From Podarcis vaucheri (Eukaryota), in assembly GCA_965113315.1 (NCBI GenBank), contig OZ220363.1: a stretch of DNA of 64,000 bases. One strand, written 5' to 3'. The position numbers were made by a program, and so were the translations under genes. Of this stretch, positions 38,977 through 51,636 are shown piece by piece. Within the stretch, counting starts at the first letter, position 1, and every line of letters begins with the position of its first letter. Under the pieces are notes generated by a model. It made no database searches. It saw nothing but the letters and a program-made list of their open reading frames with translations, and was not told the DNA's origin.

Positions 38977-39079
38977 CACTTTGGAGTCCGGCAAGCGAGG
39001 CTGGGCTTCCTTCTTTAACTTTGCAGATGTACGTGCAAGTTTCCAAGGAGTGGCTGATGTGGCGCTGCAATCGAAGAGT
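38977..39079 (-). CDS. CYTIP: CYTIP exon 4 (103 nt, PDZ domain)
   Basis: AG/GT boundaries; TLRLQRHISHSLETCTYICKVKEGSPASLAGLQS(G). Confidence 0.93.
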
Positions 39080-40582
39080 CTGTGAACAGAAACACAGCGT
39101 TGGGAACAGGAAAAGGTTTATCTTGTGGCTTGAAACTGGCTTACGTACCCATCAAACTGCATCCTCCCACCCATTCACTCTCCCACGCAACACTGAAACA
39201 AATGCTTCCTCTTTCTAAAAGATAAATAGTAGAGGGGAGGAACTAACAAGAACAAACATTGTTCCCACCCAACAACAAGGCTGTCCTTCTCCTTCCCAGA
39301 CATTTAAAGAAGATCAGGAAGAAATTGCTCATATGGCACCACTAAAGAAAGTATGTGTCCAAGGCCCTGGTGTGTTACACAACTGTAAGACAGTCTGACA
39401 GTAGGTGTGTATAATAATTCATTAAGCACCCAGCAGAACAGGGGGACAAATTTTTTATTATCATCATTATTTATTAAATTTGTGTATCACCCTATACCTG
39501 TAGATCTCAGGGTGCTTCACAACATAAAATTACAATAAAGGATCTGGTCAGAGGCAAAGCAATGTTTCTTAGGTTTCCTGCCTGGGCATAGCTATTGGCT
39601 GCAACTAACAAAGTGAAGGGTATGTGAAGCAAAACTAAAGTAACTGTTTTGGCCCTAATCAGGTCCTGTCAAAATGACTAAACAGTGTCCCCTCCCAAGG
39701 TTAGCTCAAGCCATTTTGCTGCCTGAGGCAGAGCAGCAAATGCTGCTGACACGGCCAACCAAGTGGTTTTGGCACCTTGAGCAGGAAATCTCACAAGCAT
39801 CTCTGCCCCTCCCTGGAAATAAAAATAGAACAGTAACAATTTGCTGTCCTTTCATGACACCCCACACCAGCTGCCTGATGCGCCTAATGGCAGGGCTGGC
39901 CCTGCAACACCACCTCCCCTCTCCAATGGTCAAATGCCCACAACAGATATTGCTCACAATATAGCACTGGAAAAGGAAGTGAGGGGAAAGGAAGAAGAGG
40001 AGCTCAGACGCCTCGGGGGCCTCTTTCATTCGTCTCTGAGACATTCCGTGCTGTGAGATCTTCTGAGCTCTCACAGAAAGCCCGACCCACCTCCTTATGC
40101 ATGGTAAATAGCTGTTGTTGCTGTAACAATTATATCCCAAGTTTCTTCCAATGGGAGTCAAGGTGCTACACATGGCTCTTCACTGCCCCCATTTTATCCT
40201 CAACAACAACCCAGTGAGGTAGAGTAGCTGACTATTTCAACCCTTCTCTTCCAGGTCCTAATTCAGCATTCTAACCAGTAGGCCACACTGGGTCTTTCAT
40301 AGTTATGAAATGCTGGCTTAGCATGGAATAAAGACCTCTCCATTCCAGTCAACATGGGGTAACAACCATGAGGAGCAGTTTAGCACCCCGTGAAACATTC
40401 TCTTTCTGTGAAGAAGCACTTCTGTTTCGTTTGTTTGCATTTTTGTCCCCTCCTTCCTCTAAGCAGGATACATGGTTCTCCCCATTATATCCTCACAACA
40501 ATTTTGTGTGGAAGGTTTGGCTGAGGGAAAAAAGCCAGGACCAGCTCCAGGTTTGAGAGAGCCCAAGTATCCCATAGTGTGT

Positions 40583-40584
<2 letters not shown>

Positions 40585-40627
<43 letters not shown>
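40585..40627. repeat. (AC)n microsatellite; others at 51592-51633 and 53168-53208
   Basis: Direct reading. Confidence 0.95.
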
Positions 40628-40630
<3 letters not shown>

Positions 40631-40740
40631 GCTTACATGGATGAGTGTGCTTGGGCTAACCTGATAATGGCAGCAGCACTCCAGAATGGTTTGAGAGCTC
40701 CCATTTTAATTTCCCTGCATTCATATTGTTAAAGGCTCAC

Positions 40741-40795
40741 CTGAATTTCAAATCCAAATGTTTCATTATCTTCTTTGAAGATTTTAACTGACTTT
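40741..40795 (-). CDS. CYTIP: CYTIP exon 3 (55 nt, start of PDZ domain)
   Basis: AG/GT boundaries; (R)KSVKIFKEDNETFGFEIQ. Confidence 0.95.
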
Positions 40796-42079
40796 CTGCA
40801 GAGAGAGAGAGATACACAGATACACACAAAGTCAATAACCCATTGGAAGGGAATAACGTGTTTAAGGCTTAATTTAGAATAAATGTGCTGTACATCATAA
40901 GCATCAGTAGTTCTTAACAAGTGCTGTGCAATGAAAATCTAAAATCTCCCCACATCTCCAAAGATCATGTGGACAGGATTGTTTGCAGGACGTACATTAT
41001 TGTACACATCACCGAATGGTCACTGTGAGAATGTGGATCGACTGGATGTGTGCAAAGCTGAGCATAAAAGGAAGCAATTGTGCCATTGCCTCTCATCTCC
41101 TGCAGCCAAGGATACTTGAGGAATTCATCTTCTGACCAGATCTGCACATCCCAGATTTAACAAGCAGAACTGTACACAGTTATGCTTCAGATTTCACACT
41201 TCCCTGAATTCTGCGATGCAATTTTCAGCTTCAAAAAAGATGAAGTACTGAAATGCACATAAAAATGTTTAGGATAAAATACATTTTAAAAGGGGGGAAA
41301 TACATTCAAAAATACAAATTTTCATGCAGATTTGATTTTTTTTTTTTTTAAGTAGCAGAAATGGGCATGAATGGACTTCTGCACAAACACATCCCAGAGT
41401 GACATGGATGAGAAACAGACTCATCCATTCATCCTTCCTCCCAGCTCCCAGCTTACCTCCATGTTTTCCAGCATGGCATCATTTCAACCCACTTTTGAGT
41501 TCTGTGCTGGGCATATAGTGAAATGACCGCCTAATTGCTTCACCCTTCACAATACTATATGCATGAATCCTTTCTGTCCCTATATTTGGATTCCCATTTT
41601 GGTTGTGTGGTCTGGGCCACTGAGTGAAAGGAACGTGTCACATATAAAGTGATGTCCCAGTTCCTCTGCACTCTGGCCTTCTGTCTACCCAGTTGGTAGC
41701 ACAGGGGAAATGACCAGCCGTGTACTGGAGAAATGATTTCAAATCCATTCCCAATATCATTGTTGTCAAAAGAAAGTATATACCACCTTTCATTTCAAGA
41801 AGAAATACAAAGGTGGTTAACTCTCTAATGATACTCTGCCACACTGCAATATGTAATGGTGGTTACATTAGCTACTGGCTTTAGGGATGGGCTGCGGGTA
41901 TGCATTGCTCAGTCTTTCCACAACTCTCCAGCCCACGGATTTCATTGTAGTTATTTGTTTTTTCACACTTTCATCTTCCTCTTTCAGTATCTGCCTTGGG
42001 CCTCTACACACAATTATTGCATTTCTAGTAGCAGTGTAATGAACTAATATTTAGAGAGAGAAAGCAATGCCTTTATTAC

Positions 42080-42129
42080 CTTTGAGGGCCAAGAGAGTCA
42101 CCTGAAGAGATTGTCCTACTTAAAGCAAG
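42080..42129 (-). CDS. CYTIP: CYTIP exon 2 (50 nt)
   Basis: AG/GT boundaries; LALSRTISSGDSLGPQ(R), similar to human LALTRSSSLSDFSWSQR. Confidence 0.9.
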
Positions 42130-42239
42130 CTGGAAGCAGAAGAGACAAGGGAGGGTGTTGCATTAGAAATTCATTTGTGTCTAGAAAACAAAATGCTAGA
42201 TGAAAGCTTTACATATGCAAAACTGCCAATGAGAATTAT

Positions 42240-42447
42240 TTACAGATAGGTAGCCGTGTTGGTCTGCCATAGTCAAAATAAAAAAATTCCTTCCAGTAGC
42301 ACCTTAAAGACCAACTAAGTTAGTTCTTGGTATGAGCTTTCGTGTGCATGCACATGTGTATCTGAAGAAGTGTGCATGCACACGAAAGCTCATACCAAGA
42401 ACTAACTTAGTTGGTCTTTAAGGTGCTACTGGAAGGAATTTTTTTAT
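42240..42447. mobile_element. Tiny palindromic Penelope-like (Neptune-type) pseudo-LTR insertion in CYTIP intron 1
   Basis: 77-bp inverted arms 42278-42354 / 42371-42447; 12-bp TSD aatgagaattat (42228-42239, 42448-42459); contains a hammerhead core. Confidence 0.85.
42358..42395 (+). ncRNA. Minimal type I hammerhead ribozyme motif
   Basis: GTAT-CTGAAGA-A-GTGTGCATGCACAC-GAAA-GC-TC-ATAC: helix I GTAT/ATAC, hairpin II, core GAAA, palindromic AGCT helix III, cleavage predicted after 42391. Confidence 0.8.
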
Positions 42448-44028
42448 AATGAGAATTATGATCGTATAAGGTCCACCTGGTCCAAGGTCCTTTGCACAGG
42501 GCCAAGCAGGTGACTCCAAAAGTTCAAATTCAGGGCATGGTGAAGATGGTTACACCCTCTTGATTTCCCCCAGCTTAGGAACACACAAACGTTAAAAATG
42601 GCCCTCCTGGATCAAAGGCCCATCTGCATTCTAAACCCTACAGTGGTCAACCAGCTATTTCCAGGAATCCCTCAAGTGGGGCAAAAAGGAAATATCCCTT
42701 CTCTCCTGGTTGCTCACCAGCAGGTGGTGTTGGGTGGCATCCTGACTCTGGTTCAAGCACATATCATGGCTACTAGCTGTTGATAAAGGCATCTCTCCAA
42801 AGAGTGCTGGCCCTACCATTAGGCAGAGTGAAGCTGCTGCCCCAGGCAACTGATTTTGGGTGTCATAAAAGTGAATAAATTGTAAGTCGTGGGTTGCCTT
42901 TCAGTTGTGACTCTTCACTAACAGAAGTGGCTGTGCTTGCTCAAGGCAGGGCACTGGATTTTCAAAGAGTCCTCCTACCCAGTACAGCTCTTCCTGTTTT
43001 GCAGTATCTGCTTCTGAAGAATAGCGGACCCTCTGAAACAGAATGGGGTATGCCATAGAGGGTGCTATTGGTAGAAGGGATCAAGGGAAAATGGGGTGTC
43101 TCGTCTTGTGCTAGTGAAAGTGTACTGCTAGGGCAAAGGCACCATTTGATACAACATCAACAACAACAACAACGCGTTTACTTCCAGGGAAGGGGGAAAG
43201 GAGCTTATGGGATTTTCTTCCTCAGGTGCCAAAATAACTTGACTGGCTTTGGGTAATGTGCCAAAATACCTAGGGCCAGCCCTGACTCGGAGGCACCAAC
43301 AACCCAGTCATCACCATTGCCTGAAGTTAAATGATTTACACTTGAGGGAACAAATTTCAGCTCCCAAAAGTGGAAAGCAAGAGCCTCTCTTGATTAAAAA
43401 TATAATCCATCTCAGCACATTTGTCAACTGAGAGCAGTCCTTAGTCAATTTAGCAAGCAGCCAAGGAACTTATTGACAGAGGTGGCTTGAACAGTGAATT
43501 GATCTTGTGCCCAAAGCCCATGCCTATGGTTTCTTTCAAGATTTAACCACAGCACAGCACAAGCAAGCACTTCAGACCATGCCTGGCCACAATCCCTTTG
43601 AATCAACTGGGATTGCCTGTGCCAATCCTAGTTCCTGCTTCTGTGCCCAGGGCCTGAGGAGAAACGCCACATGGCAGCCTCCTTTCCAAGTCAACCTCCT
43701 TTCCTAATATTAGTACTCAAGTTGTTTTGGCATCCAAGGAAGAAAATCTTACAAGCACCTCTCCCACACAGTAGAATTAAAAAGATAACCCTTTGTTTCC
43801 TAGTCGCAAAGCTCCAAATCAGCTGGCTGAGCCTCTGGGGCAGCTGCCTCCCCCTGCCTAATGGGCAGACCAGCCCTAAAACAGTAGTCTAAGACATGGA
43901 AATTGAACAGGTGTAGATTTCTGTGGCACAGAGAAATGGTGGGAAAGCCTCACCTGCTAAATTTCTGTGATTCAGGTGGATACAGCATCTAGGACTGTTA
44001 AAAGATTGCAACTCTAAAAGTGATAGAC

Positions 44029-44165
44029 CAGGTACCCCCAAACTCAGCCCTCCAGCTGTTTTGGGACTACAACTCCCATCATCCCTAGCTAACAGGACCC
44101 AGTGGTCAGGAATGATGGGGATTGTAGTCCCAAAACAGCTGGTGGGCCGAGTTTGGGGATGCCTG
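44029..44165. mobile_element. Short palindromic hAT MITE (about 136 bp)
   Basis: Near-perfect internal palindrome; TSD tgatagac/caatagac. Confidence 0.85.
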
Positions 44166-44581
44166 CAATAGACAGTTCAGGGCTGGCCCAAGACATTTTG
44201 GCACTTGAGGCAAACCACAAAATGGTGCTCTCCTTTCCACCAGGGAAGAAGGGGTGAATGAAGGTCTACATCAGGAATGGGGTGGGGGTGACCAGCCCTG
44301 AATCTACCCAACAAGTTGTCTGCATCATTATTTCCCATTAGCCCAACTTGGAAATGAATGAACAAGAGCAGCAACAGAAATGTGAGGCATAAGAAAAATT
44401 CTGTGGTGTGCTGAAAGCAACCCTCTTTATCCTTGTTACCTCTGATAGATATATTTCCCACCCCATTCTCTTGACTGTAACTTGGTTTAACTGGTTTTAA
44501 AATTCTTTTGAACACTTAACTGCTTTTAACTTTCTTTTTAAATTGTTGTAACCCACCCTCATGGTGAAATCCGAGTAAGAA

Positions 44582-44584
<3 letters not shown>

Positions 44585-44633
<49 letters not shown>
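44585..44633. repeat. (AAT)n microsatellite just inside CYTIP intron 1
   Basis: Direct reading. Confidence 0.95.
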
Positions 44634-44635
<2 letters not shown>

Positions 44636-44642
44636 AACATAC

Positions 44643-44801
44643 CTGCTTGTAGTCCCTAGACAACGTGTCTATTGAATTTGTGAATGCCTGGCTTCTTTTG
44701 TTGTCCAGTGGTGGGTTACCAATTGGATCCAAGTATGGGGTGTAAACTGAGCCCACACAGTTGGCGTTGTGGTTCTGGTGAATGAGCCTCTTTAAGGACA
44801 T
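44643..44801 (-). CDS. CYTIP: CYTIP exon 1 (coding part, 159 nt)
   Basis: ATG at 44801, MSLKRLIHQN...DTLSRDYKQ then donor gtatgt; joined CDS 1065 nt = 354 aa + stop. Confidence 0.92.
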
Positions 44802-44849
44802 CTTGAATTCAACTGGAAGTCATTCACAGGCTAGCATTGCTTAAGGAAC

Positions 44850-45010
44850 CTTGCGCGACTGAGGAAGGAAGCAAACTAAAAACATAACCTCAGTTGTGAG
44901 CAAAAGTAGCAAACACACGAACAGGGTGGAGGGGGAGAGGAGAACAAGGCCATGTGACTTGTGGTTTAGGTGCAGTTTACATAAATCTCTTCTCACAGAT
45001 CAGTCAGTGT
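44850..45010 (-). promoter_or_regulatory. Probable CYTIP 5' UTR / proximal promoter with RUNX (TGTGGTT, 44960-44966) and ETS-like GGAA motifs
   Basis: Position immediately upstream of the ATG; motif matches only. Confidence 0.35.
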
Positions 45011-45844
45011 TACTCAATGTTTCTTTTTAAGCTTACAAGAGTTTGTCCCTGCAATTAAAGCAATCTGCTTATTCCCTCCCCCCCCCCATACACACTATCA
45101 ACCCCCCACCCTCCCGTCCAGGAACACACACTGCTTGGATGCAAACAGAAGCAACTCTTTATCGTGCCGTTTCTATGCCCCCTTGATAGTTTGTGTCTAA
45201 AACACCATCTGGCTTTAAATGTCCTTGGATTTGATGAGTTTGCTGCTTTCTCAGGCTTGTTTAAGGTGGTTTTGTTTTTAACTCCCCATTTCCCACAGAA
45301 CAGGACAGATTAATAAGATTTTTTGTTAATATAAATAGATTAAAACCTTAACTTACATGTAAAGCAGTAATTCTTCAAGTGGCGGCAGCAGGAGGCCTTA
45401 CCCAGGGATGTGTAGCTAGTTATAGAGAGTGAGGGCCACATTCTGTTCTGGACAGCTTTCAGCGGGCCACATGAATGAAGCCAGAGGCAAAAGTGGGAGG
45501 AGCAACAAAAGGACGTTTCACCTTTCCTCAGTAGGCTAGTGCTTTTTACATATCCTCAACACACTCCTCTTTCCAGGCAAACACACCCAATATCAAAGTA
45601 GGTGCGGATTTTAGGGGAGTATGACTGGTTCAACCACACTGGGTGCCGAGTCAAGAGGGTGCTGCAACAGTGACTTGGAGCAGAAGGCACAAGAGGCCGG
45701 GGTGCCAAATTTTGGTGTCACACAGAACACCTGCCGGAATCTGAAAGTCCAAAGGCCACCACTGAGTGCAAGGGTATATTCCAGTCTGGCAGAAGCACTC
45801 AAGGGGGGTGCAGATCAGCGCCACTGAGGGGTGTGGCGCTAGAC

Positions 45845-46347
45845 CAGCAATGTCCAACCGTGGACCGTGATTGACAGGTAGATTGCCCTGGTGCTCCTGG
45901 TCAATCGCGCCCCGCCCCACCTCCTGCACTATGTCCCATCAGTGGCGTAGCATGGGGGTGCAGGGGGGGCCAGCCGCACCGGGTGCAACATCTGGGGGTT
46001 AGGGTTAGGGGGCGCAAATCCACGGGTTAGGGGGCGCAAATTACTTGCCTTGCCCCGGGTGCTGACAACCCACGCTACGCCACTGTGTCCCATCACTGTC
46101 ACTGGTGAAAGGGCGGGTAAGCTGAATAACTCTTGCCCCAGTCCCGAAAAGAAGCTCAAGAACTCTTGTCATCCCCTCCTAAAAACAGCTCAACAACTCT
46201 GCTCAATCCTTCCCCAAAAAAGCTCAACAGCTCTGCTCACTCCCCCCATAAAATAGCTCCACAACTATGGTCGATGACAGTGGGTAGATCACTGCCAGTT
46301 TTTTATACTGGGAGTAGATTGCAGTCTCTAGAGAGTTGGCATGCCTG
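45845..46347. mobile_element. hAT-Charlie-like non-autonomous element hosting the nested MITE
   Basis: Imperfect TIR cagcaatgtccaac / gttggcatgcctg; TSD cgctagac/ctctagac (NTCTAGAN-type target); internal aagctcaacaact repeats. Confidence 0.75.
45940..46085 (+). mobile_element. Same MITE family, short form, nested in another hAT element
   Basis: TIRs; perfect 8-bp TSD tgtcccat. Confidence 0.9.
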
Positions 46348-48104
46348 CTCTAGACCATCCTGAGGTCTAGACAGAGAGCTGTATTTGGTCTTCAGGCCTG
46401 AGACACACACACACACACACACACACCCTGTATGACTGTAAATGTCTGGTGTGTACCCATCCTTAGTGTTACCTGTGAAATGGGCCTTTATCTCGCAGCC
46501 TGTATAGGGTCAATCTGATATCTGTGCAGGATTGTCACTGTTGAATCACACTGCTTCATTATATGCAAATGAACCCGGGGATGGGGATTAATCTTTAACA
46601 CAGTTGTTTTTATCCGCTGCAACCTGAATGCATGGATATGTGCTTCTCATTTACTTCAACTTCCTGAATCCCAAAAGACTATAGGCAAGACAAACTACAT
46701 AGCAACTGTCCAGTCCATCATGCTTGTCTTTCTCTGGGGATTTCTGAGGACTATATTTTGGGATGCAAACATGTAGATGAAGTTGAATTTGCGAGTCAAG
46801 CTTATCATCACCCTTCTTCCAATTAACTAGCGATGTTCCCAAAACTCACATTTGGATGCATGAATCTCAGTGGTTGTAATGGTCACCTCAAATACAAGAC
46901 ACACGTTACAGCCCTAAAAGTTTAGCTATTCTCCATTTCAGAGTTTGATTTCTCCCTCATTGTAATACTAGTGCAACCATACTCCACACAGTTCACATAT
47001 TTGAAGTAAATGTGCTAGATAATGGAGTGGTCACATTTTCCCAGTGACAAACTAGCTGTTTCTGCTTGGGAACTAAGAAAATATGATATCCCCCTCAACA
47101 TAAGCTTGAAGGGTGATATCTGCATTCCCCACAACTACTGTGAAACATACGGTTTTAATGTATGAAGAACCATTATCTGTGGAAGTCCCCTGAAATGTTG
47201 AGAAACCAGAGTTGGCACAACCCTTTAAAAAAAAAACTTCAACTTAATCTGATTTCTTAGCTCGTTTAAATCATCTTTAACCAAAACTCGGTGCTTTTTT
47301 GCTTCTTGTTCCCCACTCTTCTTTGGTTTCCTGTATATACATTTGCAAGAGAAAAAAGGGTTTCATTTGCTATCTTGTTTCCTGTAAAGGGTGAATGATG
47401 TCTGGCCTTCAGGATGAATGTGGTTAGACACCCTTCAGAATACTCTTTTGCAGCAGTGCACCTGCATATTCTTTGAGCAGTGCTTTGGGGCTGGTGAGAT
47501 AAAACTTGCACAGAGACTTTAGGACTTCCAACTAATTTCAACACTTTTATCAGTGTAACATTTCTTCTGAATCATAGTTTTCAGGAGAAACTATCTCTTT
47601 GTCAGTTGCATCATGTCGCTAAACTTGATCTAGGAACAACAGCAAGATAACTGTGCAAAAACAACTGAGAAGGGAAGGAGCCTGTTTGCAGATGGGAGGC
47701 ACATTCATTCTGTGTCCAAAGTTGCCCTTATTTCTTTACCTCCCATAAAACCCAGACCCTCCAAGTGTCCCTATTTTCCAGGGTCGTCTCTGATTTAGAG
47801 AAGCCGTCCCGGTTTCTGTTTTGATCCCAGAATGTCCTGCTTTTCCTTAGGATGTCCCTATTTTCATTGGATAAATGTTGGAGGGTAGGGAGTTATCCAA
47901 CTCCTGAGCCATCTGAAGGCAATTCTGTATAGGGAAGTTTTTTTAACGTTTAATGTTCTGTTATGTTTTTATATATGTTGGAAGCTGCCCAGAGTGGTTG
48001 GGGCAACCCAGTCAGATGAGTGGGGTATAAATAGTAAAATTACCCTTATGTAATGGGTCGTCCCTATTTTCATCAGAGAAATGTTGGAGGGCATGTAAAC
48101 CAGT

Positions 48105-48446
48105 GGGGACATGGATGGCGCTGTGGGATAAACCACAGAGCCTAGGGCTTGCCGATCAGAAGGTCGGCGGTTCGAATCCCCACAACGGGGTGAGCTCCCG
48201 TTGTTCGGTCTCTGCTCCTGCCAACCTAGCAGTTCAAAAGCACGTCAAAGTGCAAGTAGATAAATAGGTACCGCTCCGGCGGGAAGGTAAACGGCGTTTC
48301 TGTGCGCTGCTCTGGTTCACCAGAAGCTGGCCACATGACCCAGAAGCTGTACGCCGGCTCCCTCGGCCAGTAAAGCAAGATCAGCGCCGCAACCCCGGAG
48401 TTGGTTACGACTGGACCTAATGGTCAGGGGTCGCTTCGCCTTTACT
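48105..48446 (+). mobile_element. Sauria SINE (Squam1), full length
   Basis: Near-identical to 27203-27551; 12-bp TSD atgtaaaccagt. Confidence 0.9.
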
Positions 48447-50519
48447 ATGTAAACCAGTCAATGGAAGTGATGAAGCTAACTAGATAAAATGGTTTTGCTA
48501 ACCACCCCTCCTTTTTTTAAATGGGCTCCACCATGGCTCCGCTTGCTTTACTTGCATTTTCAAAGTAAAATTGTTAAAACTACTCCACGGACATGGAGCG
48601 GGAAGGGGAGAAGACACGTGCAACTTGTCCACTGCTTATATCATGGGCACTCTTCAGTAGGTGCTCATAACTGCTCAGCACTCATAACACCATTCTTTTG
48701 AATTGTTTGAAATCACGGGCCAACCATTCACGTCTGCCTGGAAAAATGATACAGCAGTTGTTGGCCAAGGTATCCACACTCATTTTTATCTGTTTTCCCT
48801 TTCAACTCTGATCATAAAGCCTGCTTTACTGGAAACTAGACTGCGACAAAAGAAACGAATATGTACACCATGATCGATGGCGTTTCTATCTTGCCACTTT
48901 GGGCTCTCTTAAAGACTATAGCGTGACTTCATTTATTTATTGAATTTGTAGACTGCCCTTCATCCGTAGATCTCAGGGTTGTCTTCTACCTCCAGCGGTT
49001 TGGTACTGGTACAAGAATCACAGCCCAGCAGGAAAAGGCAGGAGGCAGGAATTGCAGTAAAGCAAAGCCCACCCCAAGCTGGGTCATTTCAGGAACACCA
49101 GGGAAGTTTAGCTTCCTTGTAGAGCTTTCTATCTGCTCAGATGCATTGCACACATTTGTTTTTCCTTGCCAGCACACGTCCTCATTCTCCGCTGCCACCA
49201 TGGGCCTAACAAGCCAAGGATGCTCAACTCTCACACATCCACCTCACTCTCCATCAATTCCCCTCTCTTTTGTTCCGTTTCCTATCCCCCTGCCTTGATT
49301 CCAGTCTCTTTTATTTTTCTTCCATCCCGCTCTGTTATTTATAGCTCAGGGCTAAGGACATGTCTCGCAGCCTGGCAGATCAATCACTGTAGCAAAGCAG
49401 AGATCAATGAACAGATGGATCTGGCTTGAAAGCTACCTGGCTGTTTGCAGTTGGAAAGAGGCTCTAAGTAAGCTGCAAGCAACCTTTTTTATTATTTAAA
49501 AGGTGGTGGGAAAATCCAGTTCCATGTAAGATGAATACTAGCTCTAACTTTCACCCCAACCCTGCCCCACTTTATCTGAGGGCTGCCTTTCAAAAACAAA
49601 TTTAGTCAGTCTCTCTCTCTCTCTTAATAGAAATTAATCAGGCAGTTTCTCAGAAGTGTTCCATTTATTAGGGGTCGTTTGAACCACTCTCTATTACCCC
49701 TATTACTAGGTGCATGTGATCATAGTTGGGGGGAGAAACACAGCAGTTATTGTAGGATGAAAGTGAACCATCTGCTTGTCACTGCTTGTTTTCTGCTGAA
49801 CACAAACTAGGTGGTTCCTCTAGGAACGGCATCATCTCATCACTTGCTTAAGTGATATGACTAATGTCTCCAGTGACTCTCTTCCTCTTTTCTTCCTTTA
49901 TTATGCATTGCTTTGTTGTGTGTTGCAGAAAACGATAAATGTGCATCCCTATGTCTTAAATATTATATGGGTCTCCCGCCTTTTTTCTTTTCTTTTGGAA
50001 ACAAAACAAAACAGGAGAAAGCTACGCTTAAGAGGCACCATCAGCAAATATATCTGCTTGCGAAGTAAAAAAGATCTGTAGATAATAATTCTGCTTTAAC
50101 ACGACTAAGTTTTTTAAAAAGTTAACCAAACGTTAATGAATTGATTTAGTTACTTATTATATAGCTGCTGCATAAGAGGAGTTTTCTAGGAGATTCAAAA
50201 GGCAAAAAACAAAAAAGCCATTAACAATGCAATTTAGAACACCAAAAGCTTATCACAATTAAAAACTAAAACAAAATTTAAAACGGAAAGGAGCTGGGAA
50301 GAAACCACATTCTAGACACCTCTCATGTGGCTTACAATGTTACTAGAGTTACTGCAGAGCTCCCATACCACTAAGATAGCCTCCCCAGTCTGCTACCCTG
50401 CCACATGTTGGACTACAACTCCCATCATTCCTGGCTGCTGGCCTTGCTGGCTGGGGTTGATGGGAGTTGTAGTCCATCAGCTGCTGGAGGGCACCATGTT
50501 TGGGAAGGTCGCACTAAGG

Positions 50520-50655
50520 CAGGCATCCCCAAACTCGGCCCTCCAGATGTTTTGAGACTACAACTCCCATCATCCCTAGCTAACAAGACCAGTGGTCAGG
50601 GATGATGGGAATTGTAGTCCCAAAACAGCTGGAGGGTCGAGTTTGGGGGTGCTTG
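50520..50655. mobile_element. Short palindromic hAT MITE
   Basis: Same family; perfect TSD cactaagg. Confidence 0.88.
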
Positions 50656-51588
50656 CACTAAGGAAATGCCTTAAAGCAAACTTAGAAGTATATTTATTTG
50701 GACATGGATGTTCCATTTAGTTGTCATGGCAAATAGCAATTGATGGACCTGCCCTGGATGAGTATCACTAATAGACTTTTTTAAAAGAAAAAAGAAAAGG
50801 CGTTTCAGCTATAGTCCATCATCAGATCATGCAGTAGTGAAGCATGTTGGTTTACTGTGCACACTTCCCTTTTTTTGCTGATGGAGTTAATCAACTTTAC
50901 CAGATGACTTCAAATTCTGAGTTTATTTTGTAACATTTTAATGGCTCTTCTGCTGTTAAAAGGGGGGCACTCAGGGTACTCAAAGTGAGGTACAAATCGA
51001 TTTAAAAGAAGAAGAAGAAGCCCCCCAAAATAAAGACACTAAAAATGGCAAAATAATACATTCCATTTTGAAAAGAATTGTTAAAGTATTCAGCACATGA
51101 ACTCTCCTGGCAGGGTGGCCTGCTTGCAAAGGTGTTGTTGGACTCCCATCAGCTCTAACCAGCATGACCAATGGTCAAGGATGATGGGAGTTGTAGTCTA
51201 ACAACCTATAGTGAGCCACATGTGAGCTACCCCTACAATAGAGCAGATATTTACTGTGTATATACTGAGGGAAAGAGAGTGGAAATTCTCCCTACTTGCT
51301 GGAAAGGGGGTCAAAGCTTATTAAACTGTTTTTAAAACCATGTCTTAGCATTATGTGTGAGCCGGGTCACTATGTGATGTTAGAAGCGTTGCGTTTTTTT
51401 GAACCCCATCACTCTGAACTTGTTTGCACTGGCTCTCACGTGCTATTCTGCTGCCCACTCATTCAGTTTGGAGAGGTCCCTTTTTAAAAAGTTCTACACA
51501 CGCTCCCTGAAATGTCATCATACTGAGTAATTTGGTGTCATCTGCAGTCATGACTCTTTGTGAGCTCATGTGATAAAGCTGACTGCCC

Positions 51589-51636
<48 letters not shown>

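Noticed and set aside
45975-46060. Interstitial telomere or chromosome-fusion scar
   Set aside because: Only 2-3 TTAGGG units, inside a TIR/TSD-bounded MITE present in several copies
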